Shown here one piece after another: positions 37,078 through 47,063 of a stretch of DNA of 64,000 nt. The position numbers were made by a program, and so were the translations under genes. Positions within the stretch are counted from its first letter, which is position 1, and each line of letters starts with the position of its first letter. The DNA is from an uncultured Sutterella sp. GTDB lineage: Bacteria; Pseudomonadota; Gammaproteobacteria; Burkholderiales; Burkholderiaceae_F. The notes under the pieces are model-generated. The model worked only from the letters and a program-made list of their open reading frames with translations, searched no databases and had not been told where the DNA came from. The DNA lies in contig UQYP01000001.1 in the NCBI GenBank assembly GCA_900545335.1, forward strand, positions 77,775-141,774, given 5' to 3'.

Positions 37078-38103
37078 TCAGCGGATCGGTGGCGCATACA
37101 GCAGGCCGCCTTGAGTCCAAAGATTGTTATTACCCCTGGGCAAACCCAGTTTTGATTTCGGTCCCAGATTGGCTTCAAAGCTTTCACCGTAGTTACCGAC
37201 CTGTTTGATGATACGGTAACTCCAGTCCTTATCCAAACCTAGCATTTTACCCATATCTTCCGAAGCACCGACCAATCGCTGCACATCAGGACGCATGTCG
37301 CCTGTCTTCTTCTCATCAACATTGGCCTTTGTCAAACCAAGCTCTTCGGCATTAATCATGACAAAAATAGACCAACGGACAATGGAGTACCATTCGTCAT
37401 CACCGCGGCGCACGGCAGGAGCCAAAGGTTCTTTAGAAATGACTTCCGGAAGGATATCATAATCAGCCGGATTGGCTGCATTGGCGCGCCCCCCGGCCAA
37501 GTCGCTCATGTCCGTTGTATAAGCCTGGCAGCGACCGGAGAAAAAGGCTGCCTGAGTGGCCTCAGTGGTATCAAAAACCACAGTCTTAAACTTCATATTG
37601 TTTGAGGTGAAGAAGTCTGCCAAACTTTTTTCACTCGACGTGCCTGACTGTACACAAATTGTTGCCCCATTGAGCTGTTTTGCGCTCGTGACATTGAGGC
37701 GCTTAGGCACCATAAATCCCTGACCGTCGTAATACGTTACAGCCGTAAACAGAGCACCTGTCGTTGTATCCCGATTCATCGTCCAGGAAGTATTTCGGGC
37801 CAGCACATCAATTTCACCTGCCTGCAAGGCTGTAAAGCGCTGAGGAGAGCTCAAAGGAACAAATTTCACTTTAGAGGCGTCGCCAAGCGTTGCCGCAGCC
37901 ACCGCCCGGCAGACATCCACATCCAAACCCGTCCAATTGCCTTTGCTGTCCACCGACGCAAAACCGGGTGCCGCCGTATTGACGCCGCAAATCAGCTGAC
38001 CTCTGGCTTTAACCGTTTCAAGAGTGCTCGTTGCCGCATAAGAGTACGAACTCAGTGTCAATCCCAAACATGCAACGGATAAGGCAATTAATGTCTTATT
38101 CAT
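37078..38103 (-). CDS. aapJ: General L-amino-acid ABC transporter periplasmic substrate-binding protein (AapJ/BztA-like)
   Basis: It has a signal peptide and a type-II periplasmic binding protein fold. The product is 341 aa. Confidence 0.75.
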   Translation of the reverse strand: MNKTLIALSVACLGLTLSSYSYAATSTLETVKARGQLICGVNTAAPGFASVDSKGNWTGLDVDVCRAVAAATLGDASKVKFVPLSSPQRFTALQAGEIDVLARNTSWTMNRDTTTGALFTAVTYYDGQGFMVPKRLNVTSAKQLNGATICVQSGTSSEKSLADFFTSNNMKFKTVVFDTTEATQAAFFSGRCQAYTTDMSDLAGGRANAANPADYDILPEVISKEPLAPAVRRGDDEWYSIVRWSIFVMINAEELGLTKANVDEKKTGDMRPDVQRLVGASEDMGKMLGLDKDWSYRIIKQVGNYGESFEANLGPKSKLGLPRGNNNLWTQGGLLYAPPIR

Positions 38104-38320
38104 ACTTTCCTCATTTATCTTGTAGCCAAAACTTTCGTATTCTTAAAAATTTTGACAGAAAACCACCCGGAGGAAATAAACAACTTATCTCCCAACTTTG
38201 TCTATATTGTTACCTAAATAGAAAAAAACAACAATATATAAGAGTGACTAATTTTTGCCATTTTAGAAAAAAGTCTTTATTTTTGCTATACTTAGCAGAT
38301 GTTTAATTCTTCCGTTTTTT

Positions 38321-39661
38321 ATGTCATTTACCACATTACTTCTTTGTTTAATCGCTCTGATTTTCACCAGCAGCTTTTTTTCCATCTCTGAAATCTCACT
38401 GGCTGCCGCTAAAAAAATTCGTTTACGTACTTTAGCTGATGAAGGCCATAAAAAAGCTTCCCGTGTTTTAGCTTTACAAGAACATCCGGGGCATTTTTTT
38501 ACGGTCATTCAAATTTGTGTTAATGCTTTATCTTTAGCCGGTGGTATTTTAGGTGAACGACTCTTTACGCCTAGCTTTACTTCGTTAGCTTCTATTTTCA
38601 TTCACGAACCTGCTTTAGCTCATAATGTCGGTTTCTGGGGCGGTTTTATCACTTCTACGACTTTATTTATTCTGTTTGCCGACCTCATCCCCAAACGTTT
38701 GGCGTTGGTCGCCCCGGAAACGATTGCAATGGCCATTATCGGACCCATGAGCTTTTTAATTAGAGTTCTCAGGCCTTTTGTTTGGTTTTTCAATGGGTTG
38801 GCCAACATCATCATCCGACGTTTCGGCCTTCCCGAACGCACTAAAGATAAAATCACTTCAGAAGATATTATTGCCACGGTAGATGCCGGAACTGCAGCGG
38901 GGGTCATTGCCGACGAAGAAAAAAATGCGATCGAAAATATTTTCGAACTGGAAAGCCGTACGGTTCCCAGTTCCATGACACCGCGAGAAAATATCGTTTA
39001 CTTTTTACTGACTGACTCTGAAGAGGAAATTTGTCGAAAAGTTGTCAGTTCTCCGCACAATCAATATATCGTGTGCAACGAAACTCTCGACAATGTGGTC
39101 GGTGTCATTGACTCCAAGGCTCTGCTCGGTCGCATTATGAGTGATCATCCTCTTTCGCTCAAAGACGACGGTTTGGTTCACCCCGTCCAACTGGTGCCCG
39201 ATTCACTGACTCTGTCTGAGATTCTCGATACTTTCAAGCGTACCAACAGCGATATTGCCGTCATCATTAATGAATATGCTTTAGTCGTCGGCATCATTAC
39301 GTTAAATGACGTCATGAGTACCGTTATGGGTGATCTGGTCACTACGGAAGAAGAATCTCAAATTGTCGAAAGAGAGGACGGTTCCTGGTTAGTCGACGGC
39401 TCCACACCGGTTGACGATTTGGAACGCTTACTCGGTGTAGACAACTTGCCTGAAGACTCCACTTACGAGACTGTCGCCGGCTTCATGATGTATATGCTGA
39501 GAAAAATTCCCAAGCGTACCGATAAAGTGGTTTACGGCGGTTATCGCTTTGAGGTCATTGATACGGATAAAAATAAGGTCGATCAGGTGCTCATCTCCGT
39601 TATCAAGCCTGAACAACCTAAAACTGCGCCTTCAGAGCCCGACTCAGGATCTGTCAAATAG
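38321..39661 (+). CDS. CNNM/HlyC-CorC family transporter (DUF21 TM domain, CBS pair and CorC_HlyC domain; YtfL-like)
   Basis: The 446-aa product has an N-terminal 4-TM DUF21 region, CBS domains and a C-terminal transporter-associated domain. Confidence 0.8.
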   Translation: MSFTTLLLCLIALIFTSSFFSISEISLAAAKKIRLRTLADEGHKKASRVLALQEHPGHFFTVIQICVNALSLAGGILGERLFTPSFTSLASIFIHEPALAHNVGFWGGFITSTTLFILFADLIPKRLALVAPETIAMAIIGPMSFLIRVLRPFVWFFNGLANIIIRRFGLPERTKDKITSEDIIATVDAGTAAGVIADEEKNAIENIFELESRTVPSSMTPRENIVYFLLTDSEEEICRKVVSSPHNQYIVCNETLDNVVGVIDSKALLGRIMSDHPLSLKDDGLVHPVQLVPDSLTLSEILDTFKRTNSDIAVIINEYALVVGIITLNDVMSTVMGDLVTTEEESQIVEREDGSWLVDGSTPVDDLERLLGVDNLPEDSTYETVAGFMMYMLRKIPKRTDKVVYGGYRFEVIDTDKNKVDQVLISVIKPEQPKTAPSEPDSGSVK

Positions 39662-39684
39662 ATTATTTCTGAGGGACATTAAAT

Positions 39685-39730
39685 CAATGGGATTGCTGCA
39701 AATCTGCATCAATCCCATCGATCCGTTTTA
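39685..39730. terminator. Stem-loop (9-bp stem ATGGGATTG / CAATCCCAT) between convergent CNNM-family and topB genes, followed by a T-rich tract
   Basis: Seen directly. The + strand downstream reads CGATCCGTTTTAATC. Confidence 0.5.
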
Positions 39731-39743
39731 ATCAGGACAGTCT

Positions 39744-42212
39744 CTACTTTTTCTTTCGAGCACGCGATGAAGCGGCTTTTTTCTGAGAAAATTCAAAACC
39801 GACAGAGCCGTCCTTACCTAAAACCAAAAAGGCAGAAAACTTTCGCTTTGTCCGATTGGAAACAAAGTCATGAAGCTCGCTGCTCTTGCCTTCCGTGAGA
39901 ATTTTGACAGCTTCTTCTTCAGAAATCGGTTGTTGAAGAATAGTCTTTCCAATCCTAAAGTCACATTCTTTCTTCAAGGTTTTCTCACAAACATAGCCCT
40001 TCGGACTGTCATAAACCTGAGAGCCGCATTTAGGGCACTTTCCAACCGCTTTCAGCGTCGATACATCAATGGGCTCATCGCTGTCCTTTTGCTCATTTCC
40101 GAAATCGAATTCCAATTTAAAATCGTCTGTCAAACGTAATTTTGAGGAAAACGGCCGTCCCAATTTACTGATAAAACCGTCCAAAGGTCCGATTTCTTTT
40201 TCTTCGAGCAGTTTTTCGACCTCTGCAACCTCAAAGGTTCGGCCGCCCGGATGCTTGGGCAAGCTGAAGTCACATTGCGTGCAAGCAAAGCGCCTGTAAT
40301 TTTCGACAATCTCCCCTCCGCATTTGGGACATGGATTCTTCAGGTGTGCCGGATTTTCAATCGGAACGGTATTGCCTTCATATCGTTTGGCAGAGTCTAC
40401 GATACTGACCGTCATATCCCGAATTTCTTTCATAAAAACTTCTCGGGACAACTTTCCCTGCTCCATTTGAGCAAGCTTATATTCCCATTCACCGGTCAAC
40501 TCAGGCTCGGACAATTCTGAGACTCCCAAGCCCTTGAGCAAAGCGAAAAGCTGTCGTGCCTTATAAGTCGGTACTAAATCTCTAGCGTCACGTCTGAGAT
40601 AGTTTTGCAACAACAACCCTTCAATGATGGCTGCCCTTGTTGCAGGAGTGCCTAAGCCTTTGCCGGCCATTGCCTCACGCAGCTCATCTTCTTCCACGAG
40701 TTTTCCTGCACCTTCCATTGCAGATAACAGCGTGGCTTCTGTGTAGCGAGGCGGAGCCTTAGTGGCTTTTTGCTCAACGGTAGATTTCTCAATGATGACC
40801 TTTTCGTTTTCTGCAACAGCAGGCAAGGTTTCAGCATCCTGAGCATCCCGTCCGTAAACTGAAAGCCAGCCGGCCTTAACCAACACCTTACCCTCAGTCT
40901 TTAATTTTTCGCCCTCTGCCTCCGTAATACGGGTGGTCACATCGTATTCAGCTGCAGGGAAAAACACCGATAAAAAGCGTTTTACGACCAAGTCGTAGAT
41001 CTTTTCTTCTGCTTCAGTCAGTTTTTTCGGAGCCTGCAACGTAGGAATGATGGCAAAGTGGTCTGAAATCTTGGAATTGTCAAATATTCTCTTGGTTGGC
41101 TTAACCCAATGATGAGAAAGAATTTCTTTTACGCTCCCACTGTACCGAGAGGAGTCTGACAACATATTCAAAGTTTCATGAACCGTCGGTATATAGTCTT
41201 CCGGAAGAGCTCTTGCATCGGTTCTGGGGTAGGTCAAAGCTTTATGCTTTTCATAAAGGGCCTGCGCCAGTGCCAATGTCGTCTTAGCGGAAAAACCAAA
41301 ACGGTTGTTCGCTTCTCTTTGCAAACTCGTCAGATCAAAAAGCAAAGGAGAAAGCTGTGTTGTGCGTTTTGCACTGTCGTGAACCTGTGCCTGTTGATTC
41401 AGCAATTTCGCACATATGGCTTGAGCGCGATCCTCTTCCCAAATACGTTCTGCCTTATCCTGGGGACGAGATTCATTCTTTTTGAAAGCGGGATCAAACC
41501 AAACTGCCTCATACGAGCCTGAGGCAGTTTGAACTGTTGCGTGTACTTCCCAGTATTTTTGGCTGACAAAAGCATTAATTTTTTCTTCTCGTTCAACCAC
41601 AATAGCCAGTGTGGGAGTTTGAACGCGTCCGACCGTCGTAAGGAAAAAGCCGCCGTCCTTACTGTTAAAAGCGGTCATAGCACGTGTTCCATTGATACCG
41701 ACCAACCAGTCAGCCTCGGAACGGGAGCGGGCGGCATCCGACAAATGCTGCATTTCTTCGTCGCTTCTGAGATGATCAAAAGCTTCCCGAATTGCAGCCG
41801 GAGTCATTGACTGCAGCCACAAACGCTTGATCGTTTTTTTGCATTTGCTTGCTTGGATAATGTATCGGAAGATCAATTCGCCTTCTCGCCCGGCATCACA
41901 AGCATTGATAACGATATCTATGTCGGTTCTTTTGAGAAGCTTTTTCAAAAGTTTCAAACGATCTTCTGTTTTTTTAATGGGTTTGAGCTCAAAGACCGGC
42001 GGCAAAACAGGTAAATTCGCAAATGTCCATTTCCCTCTTTTGACGTCGTACTTTTCCGGCACAGCCAATTCCAACAAGTGCCCCACAGCAGAGCTCACCA
42101 CATAGTTTTCGCCTTCGAAGTAGTCTTTTTCTCGGGTCATTCCGCCAAGTGCTTTTGCAATATCCGAAGCAACTGAAGGCTTTTCCGCAATAACTAAAAT
42201 TTTCTTATTCAT
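39744..42212 (-). CDS. topB: DNA topoisomerase III with C-terminal zinc-ribbon extension
   Basis: The N-terminal Toprim domain (ILVIAEKPSVASDIAKAL) is of the Topo III type rather than the Topo I type. The product is 822 aa with C-terminal CPKCGG zinc ribbons. Confidence 0.8.
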   Translation of the reverse strand: MNKKILVIAEKPSVASDIAKALGGMTREKDYFEGENYVVSSAVGHLLELAVPEKYDVKRGKWTFANLPVLPPVFELKPIKKTEDRLKLLKKLLKRTDIDIVINACDAGREGELIFRYIIQASKCKKTIKRLWLQSMTPAAIREAFDHLRSDEEMQHLSDAARSRSEADWLVGINGTRAMTAFNSKDGGFFLTTVGRVQTPTLAIVVEREEKINAFVSQKYWEVHATVQTASGSYEAVWFDPAFKKNESRPQDKAERIWEEDRAQAICAKLLNQQAQVHDSAKRTTQLSPLLFDLTSLQREANNRFGFSAKTTLALAQALYEKHKALTYPRTDARALPEDYIPTVHETLNMLSDSSRYSGSVKEILSHHWVKPTKRIFDNSKISDHFAIIPTLQAPKKLTEAEEKIYDLVVKRFLSVFFPAAEYDVTTRITEAEGEKLKTEGKVLVKAGWLSVYGRDAQDAETLPAVAENEKVIIEKSTVEQKATKAPPRYTEATLLSAMEGAGKLVEEDELREAMAGKGLGTPATRAAIIEGLLLQNYLRRDARDLVPTYKARQLFALLKGLGVSELSEPELTGEWEYKLAQMEQGKLSREVFMKEIRDMTVSIVDSAKRYEGNTVPIENPAHLKNPCPKCGGEIVENYRRFACTQCDFSLPKHPGGRTFEVAEVEKLLEEKEIGPLDGFISKLGRPFSSKLRLTDDFKLEFDFGNEQKDSDEPIDVSTLKAVGKCPKCGSQVYDSPKGYVCEKTLKKECDFRIGKTILQQPISEEEAVKILTEGKSSELHDFVSNRTKRKFSAFLVLGKDGSVGFEFSQKKAASSRARKKK

Positions 42213-42314
42213 TTGACTTTCTAAACCTATTTTCGGGGACCTTCCTCGAATTATCTTTTTTTAGAGTAGCAGAAAACTCTACAAACTTTTTACAAAAATA
42301 ATTTTTCAAACATA

Positions 42315-43190
42315 TTAATTTTTTATTTCAGACAGGATTTCATCAACGGATTCGACCAGTTTAGCGCCTTCCCGGATCGGCTTATGACAGCCCTTGGATA
42401 ATGGAGAGTGAATAGACCCGGGAACTGCCATAATATCTCTTCCTACATCAGCGGCCTGTCTCACCAAAGACAAAACTCTGGATCTGGCACTGGCCTCTAT
42501 AACAACAAAATGCTGTGCACAGGCCAGCAGTAACTGCTGTCTCATTAACCACCCCTCTTCATTATTGGCAATAGGAGACAAAAACAAACCCCTATTAGAA
42601 AAAAATCGAAGCTTTTGAATGCAGTTACCCTCAAATAAAATATCTTTAGAAATAGCTGTAACAGAAAGCGGATTTGCTTTTAGAGCTGCTCTTAAAGCGA
42701 TTGCCTCTATGCCAAGATAGTCCCCCTCAATAAGATTGATATCTTTATGCGCAAGCGATGCCGCCCAGGCTCTGGCAATATCCTCACCTTCTGCACTCGG
42801 GTGTGAAGAGCCTATCAAAGTCACACTTTTCCGATTCAATAATCCCACTTCACCCACTGCAAAGACGATCAAAGGAGAGGGGCTGACAGATAGAAACTGA
42901 AAAGGATAGTCTTGATCAGTCGGAAGCAGTAATCTGGAGTTAGGAACAACTGACAGAAGATGGACCAAGTGATTGATTTTTTCTTCGTCTTCCTTCGAAG
43001 GACCTTTTTTTATTTCAAGGGCTAACGCTTGTGGAACAACGGTCATTAAGGAGGAGACCGTTTGAGAAAAAATATCTTCAGGCAAACCGAATGCTTTCAA
43101 CAAGCGGTAAAGCTCATCAAAGTGTATCCCCGGCAAAAGAGCCAAACGTAACCAATTTCGCTGATTTTCTAAGGACATAGATAGGCCCAA
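42315..43190 (-). CDS. dprA: DNA-processing protein DprA (Smf)
   Basis: It has a Rossmann-like DprA domain and is divergent from def-fmt, which is the conserved synteny. Confidence 0.75.
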   Translation of the reverse strand: MGLSMSLENQRNWLRLALLPGIHFDELYRLLKAFGLPEDIFSQTVSSLMTVVPQALALEIKKGPSKEDEEKINHLVHLLSVVPNSRLLLPTDQDYPFQFLSVSPSPLIVFAVGEVGLLNRKSVTLIGSSHPSAEGEDIARAWAASLAHKDINLIEGDYLGIEAIALRAALKANPLSVTAISKDILFEGNCIQKLRFFSNRGLFLSPIANNEEGWLMRQQLLLACAQHFVVIEASARSRVLSLVRQAADVGRDIMAVPGSIHSPLSKGCHKPIREGAKLVESVDEILSEIKN

Positions 43191-43258
43191 AACAAAATAA
43201 AAGTATCAATTGCGCTAAAATCCCACGTTCTAAGAATATTCTCTTCTGGAGATCGCCT

Positions 43259-43780
43259 GTGGCTATTTTACCCATCGTACAATTTCCCAATCCTGTTTTA
43301 GCTATGAACTGTCAACCGGTTCAGGAAATTAATGATCAAATCCGCCGTTTGGCGGCCGACATGGGAGAGACCATGTACAAAGCGCCGGGAGTTGGGCTGG
43401 CGGCGCCTCAAGTGGGTGAACCCATCAGAATGGTCGTGCTTGATGTAAGCGAAGAGAAAAATTCTTTAATGACTCTTATCAATCCTGTCATCACACAAAG
43501 AAGCCAAGAACTGGAAACCGGCGAAGAAGGCTGCCTGTCATTGCCCGGAATTTGGGAAAAAGTGAGCCGCAGTTCTGAAATTACGGTCGAATACACTGAC
43601 CTTGAAGGGCAAGAGCAGGAACTGCACGCTGACGGCTTATTGGCGATTTGCATCCAACATGAACTGGATCACTTAGACGGTACGGTTTTCATTGACCATC
43701 TCAGTCGCCTCAAGTACGATCGGGCCTGTGCCAAACTGAAAAAACGCCGTCAACAGGAAAAGAAAGAAAACGCCCATTAA
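43259..43780 (+). CDS. def: Peptide deformylase
   Basis: The three motifs are GVGLAAPQVG, EGCLS and QHELDHL. Confidence 0.9.
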   Translation: MAILPIVQFPNPVLAMNCQPVQEINDQIRRLAADMGETMYKAPGVGLAAPQVGEPIRMVVLDVSEEKNSLMTLINPVITQRSQELETGEEGCLSLPGIWEKVSRSSEITVEYTDLEGQEQELHADGLLAICIQHELDHLDGTVFIDHLSRLKYDRACAKLKKRRQQEKKENAH

Positions 43781-44676
43781 TCCTTGTAACGATGACAATG
43801 CTGACTGATTGCCGGAATAATCTGGTCAACCACCTGATCCGGTAGGTCGTGGCCCATTCCATTAACAGCCATCATTCTGGAATTGGGGATCAGTCTCGCC
43901 ACTTCCTCTCCCGCAGCCAACGGTAAAAGCGGATCTTGGCGGCCATGAATAACCAAAGTGGGCGTCATGATTCGTTTTAAGTATTTCGAGCGGTCGCCAG
44001 ATGACAAAATCGCTAACAGTTGCCGATAAGTCCATGTGCGATCAAAACCGGACTCAAGCAATGCACTGGCAACGATTTCAACTTGCTCATCAGAGTAACA
44101 ATGATGCGGCGATCCGATGGCTTTAAATATTTTGCGAAGGTATTTTTGCATCGACATCAGATCATTGGGGCGAGCTGGCTGACTTAAGAGCGCCTTGATT
44201 GCGCGAAACTTTCCCAAACCCGTTCTGGGGTTGCCCGAAGCTCCCATGATTGATACCAGCGAAGCGACTCTTTGCGGATAAAGGTAAGCCAAAACCTGAG
44301 CGATCATCGCTCCCATGGATATACCCATGATGTGTGCACGCTTTATCTGCAGTTGATCCAAAACACCGACTGCATCTGCCGCCATATCTTCAAGAGAGTA
44401 GCATCCGGTGACAGGTCTTCTCAGCAATGTTCTGATAATCGCCCTAAACACAGTAAAGGAACTGACCGGCTGCTGAATTTTCGTTGACTGTCCGCTGTCT
44501 CTGTTATCAAAAACAATAACGCGCAAGCCCTGTCTGACCAACTGTTCGATTAAGTGAGACGGCCAAGCCTGAGAAGGCATTCCTAATCCCATAATCATTA
44601 AAACCACCGGTGCAGAATCGTCGCCGTAAACACTGTAGGCGATACGAATATTGTCAATTGTTTTAAATGTCTGCAT
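43777..44676 (-). CDS. Alpha/beta-hydrolase fold protein
   Basis: The 299-aa product has the nucleophile elbow GISMG and the HGxxD motif MGHDLPD. It is antisense between def and fmt and overlaps the def stop by 4 nt. Confidence 0.75.
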   Translation of the reverse strand: MQTFKTIDNIRIAYSVYGDDSAPVVLMIMGLGMPSQAWPSHLIEQLVRQGLRVIVFDNRDSGQSTKIQQPVSSFTVFRAIIRTLLRRPVTGCYSLEDMAADAVGVLDQLQIKRAHIMGISMGAMIAQVLAYLYPQRVASLVSIMGASGNPRTGLGKFRAIKALLSQPARPNDLMSMQKYLRKIFKAIGSPHHCYSDEQVEIVASALLESGFDRTWTYRQLLAILSSGDRSKYLKRIMTPTLVIHGRQDPLLPLAAGEEVARLIPNSRMMAVNGMGHDLPDQVVDQIIPAISQHCHRYKD

Positions 44677-44784
44677 AAATGTCCTCTCATGATTGGAAAG
44701 TGTATCGCTTTACCAACAACTTTTAAACGGACCGATAAAAAAGCCACCAAATCAAACTCAGCCGAAGGCGAAAACACTAAAATT

Positions 44785-45753
44785 ATGAGCATGAAGATTA
44801 TATTTGCCGGAACACCCCCTTTTGCCGCTACCGCGCTTAGTGCCTTGCTGGCGGCCGGACATGATGTCTGTTTAGTCCTTTCACAACCAGATCGTCCCAG
44901 CGGACGAGGGATGAAGTTAACCCCCTCTGCAGTCAAAGCCCTGGCGATGGAGAAAGGAATTGAAGTACAAACTCCTAATACCCTTTCTTATAAAAAAGAT
45001 GCCAACGAAGCCCAAAGCATGCACGATCTGCTTCAATCCGTTGAAGCTGATGTAATGGTTGTTGCAGCATATGGAATGCTTCTGCCTGAATCGGTCTTAA
45101 ATATCCCCAAAGGAATCGGACCCGATCAAAGTGTCAAATGCATCAATATTCATGCCAGTCTTTTACCGAGATGGCGGGGAGCCGCTCCTATCACGAGAGC
45201 AATCGAAGCAGGAGACCCCTGTTTTGGTGTAACACTCATGAAAATGGAGGCCGGTCTTGATACCGGACCTATGCTCGCTCAGGAAAGCTTTGCCCTCAAC
45301 GGTGAAGAAACGACTGCAACTCTGACTGAGGCTGTGTCCAAACTCGGCGCAGAAATGTTGGTTCGTTTACTGGCCAACCCTCAGGCTATCTCGATAACGG
45401 AGCAGCCTGAAGAGGGAGTGACTTACGCACACAAAGTCACCAAGCCCGAGGGGCATATTGACTTCGGTTTACCCTGTCGGGTAGTGGAAAGGAAAATCCG
45501 AGCTTTCACACCGTTTCCTTCTTCTTTTGCCGAGCACAACGGAACCGTTATTAAAATCTGGCAGGCACAGTCCCTTCCGGAAGTAAAAGGAATTCCGGGT
45601 GAAGTACTTGCAGTGAGCAAAAATGGAATTGATATCGCCTGTGCTGAAGGCGCGATACGCGCTACGGTCCTGCAAAGACCGGGGAAACCCAAAATGGCGG
45701 TCCAGAATTTTCTTCAGGGCTACCCGGTGACTCGCGGAGAGTTTTTCAAATGA
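44785..45753 (+). CDS. fmt: Methionyl-tRNA formyltransferase
   Basis: The N-terminus is MKIIFAGTPPFAA and the SLLP motif is NIHASLLPRWRGAAPI. I chose the start at the MSMKII Met rather than the ORF-track start at 44689. Confidence 0.85.
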   Translation: MSMKIIFAGTPPFAATALSALLAAGHDVCLVLSQPDRPSGRGMKLTPSAVKALAMEKGIEVQTPNTLSYKKDANEAQSMHDLLQSVEADVMVVAAYGMLLPESVLNIPKGIGPDQSVKCINIHASLLPRWRGAAPITRAIEAGDPCFGVTLMKMEAGLDTGPMLAQESFALNGEETTATLTEAVSKLGAEMLVRLLANPQAISITEQPEEGVTYAHKVTKPEGHIDFGLPCRVVERKIRAFTPFPSSFAEHNGTVIKIWQAQSLPEVKGIPGEVLAVSKNGIDIACAEGAIRATVLQRPGKPKMAVQNFLQGYPVTRGEFFK

Positions 45754-47063
45754 GTGCGCTGCTTAGTCAAGCTATCGTCGTTAGCTCCGGCGGATGGCAA
45801 CTGATGATTAAAGAGTCCGCCTCTTTGGAAAGAGCTCTCGGTTTTTGCCTCAAACAGCAAGATCCTGAATTAAAAAGCGTTGTACAGAGCTTGCTCTACA
45901 CAACCGTGCGCCATCGTGCTCAAGTTGAGCTTCTTTTGAGAAAACTTGTTCAAAAGGAGCCTCAAGAAAATATTAAGGCAGTGTTGAGTATTGCCTTGGC
46001 CTTGTTACTTGAAAACAAAGAAAAGAATTTTGTAGTCGTTGATCAGGCTGTTGACGCTGTTAAAGCTTTAACACACACTAAATGGGCTGGCGGCTTTGTT
46101 AATGCCGTTTTGAGAAATTTTTTACGAAACAAAACTCAACTGACCGAGTGCTTCAAAACCAATTTATCTGCACGCTATAACGCCCCCGGCTGGTGGATTT
46201 CCAAAATTCGTCAAGCCTATCCCCAAAATTGGCAAAGCATATTGCGCGTTCAAAACAGCCGTCCCCCTTTGACATTACGAATCAACGTCTCGAAGATTTC
46301 CGTCAAAGAGTTTCTTGAAAATTTGACCCGTGCCGGTTTGCATGGTCAATCAGTGGGTCCCTTAGCCGTTATCATTGATCCACCCTGTTCTGTAGAAAAG
46401 ATTCCGGGATTTTTGTCGGGTCACTGTTCGGTTCAAGATGCCGGCAGTCAATTGGTCAGTCAATTTCTCACCCTAAAAGACAATGACAGGGTGTTGGATG
46501 CCTGTGCAGCACCGGGAGGAAAAACAGCGCTGCTGTTGGAAAGTCAAACGCTCAACGTTACAGCGATGGAACTAGACCCTGCCCGAGCCTCTAAAATTCA
46601 CGAAACGCTTTCTCGCCTTGGACTAGAGGCTAAAATAGTTGTTGGGGATGCTGGTGATAGAAATTTACTGAATGGGCTGGGGACGTTTGACGCTATTTTA
46701 CTTGATGCTCCGTGCACGGCATCCGGTATCGTTCGGCGCCATCCGGATATTGTTTGGAGCAGAAGACCGGAGGATGTGAAAGTCTTAGCTTCAAGGCAGG
46801 CGAGACTGCTCGAAGCACTTTGGGAAAAATTACCTGACGGCAAAGACTTGCTCTATATTGTTTGTTCTATTTTCCCTGAGGAAGGTCCGGAACAAATAAA
46901 AAGTTTTTTAAAAAAACACCCCGAAGCTCATCTGAAGGGTACACCTTTAGCCCCGGACGGCATGCTTCGTCTTTTACCGACGGAAAACGAAAGCAATAGT
47001 GCTTTGCCACTTAACCACGACGGATTTTTTTATGCTCTTTTGAATAAGAGGAGCAAAGGCTGA
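45750..47063 (+). CDS. rsmB: 16S rRNA (cytosine967-C5)-methyltransferase RsmB
   Basis: It has an N-terminal NusB-like domain and a C-terminal SAM-dependent methyltransferase domain (DACAAPGGKT, PCTASG). Confidence 0.85.
   Translation: MSALLSQAIVVSSGGWQLMIKESASLERALGFCLKQQDPELKSVVQSLLYTTVRHRAQVELLLRKLVQKEPQENIKAVLSIALALLLENKEKNFVVVDQAVDAVKALTHTKWAGGFVNAVLRNFLRNKTQLTECFKTNLSARYNAPGWWISKIRQAYPQNWQSILRVQNSRPPLTLRINVSKISVKEFLENLTRAGLHGQSVGPLAVIIDPPCSVEKIPGFLSGHCSVQDAGSQLVSQFLTLKDNDRVLDACAAPGGKTALLLESQTLNVTAMELDPARASKIHETLSRLGLEAKIVVGDAGDRNLLNGLGTFDAILLDAPCTASGIVRRHPDIVWSRRPEDVKVLASRQARLLEALWEKLPDGKDLLYIVCSIFPEEGPEQIKSFLKKHPEAHLKGTPLAPDGMLRLLPTENESNSALPLNHDGFFYALLNKRSKG

Noticed and set aside
42213-42314. 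Hairpin TAGAGT-N8-ACTCTA in the topB/dprA intergenic region as a terminator
   Set aside because: It has only a 6-bp stem with no U-tract on the relevant strand, which is too weak to call.
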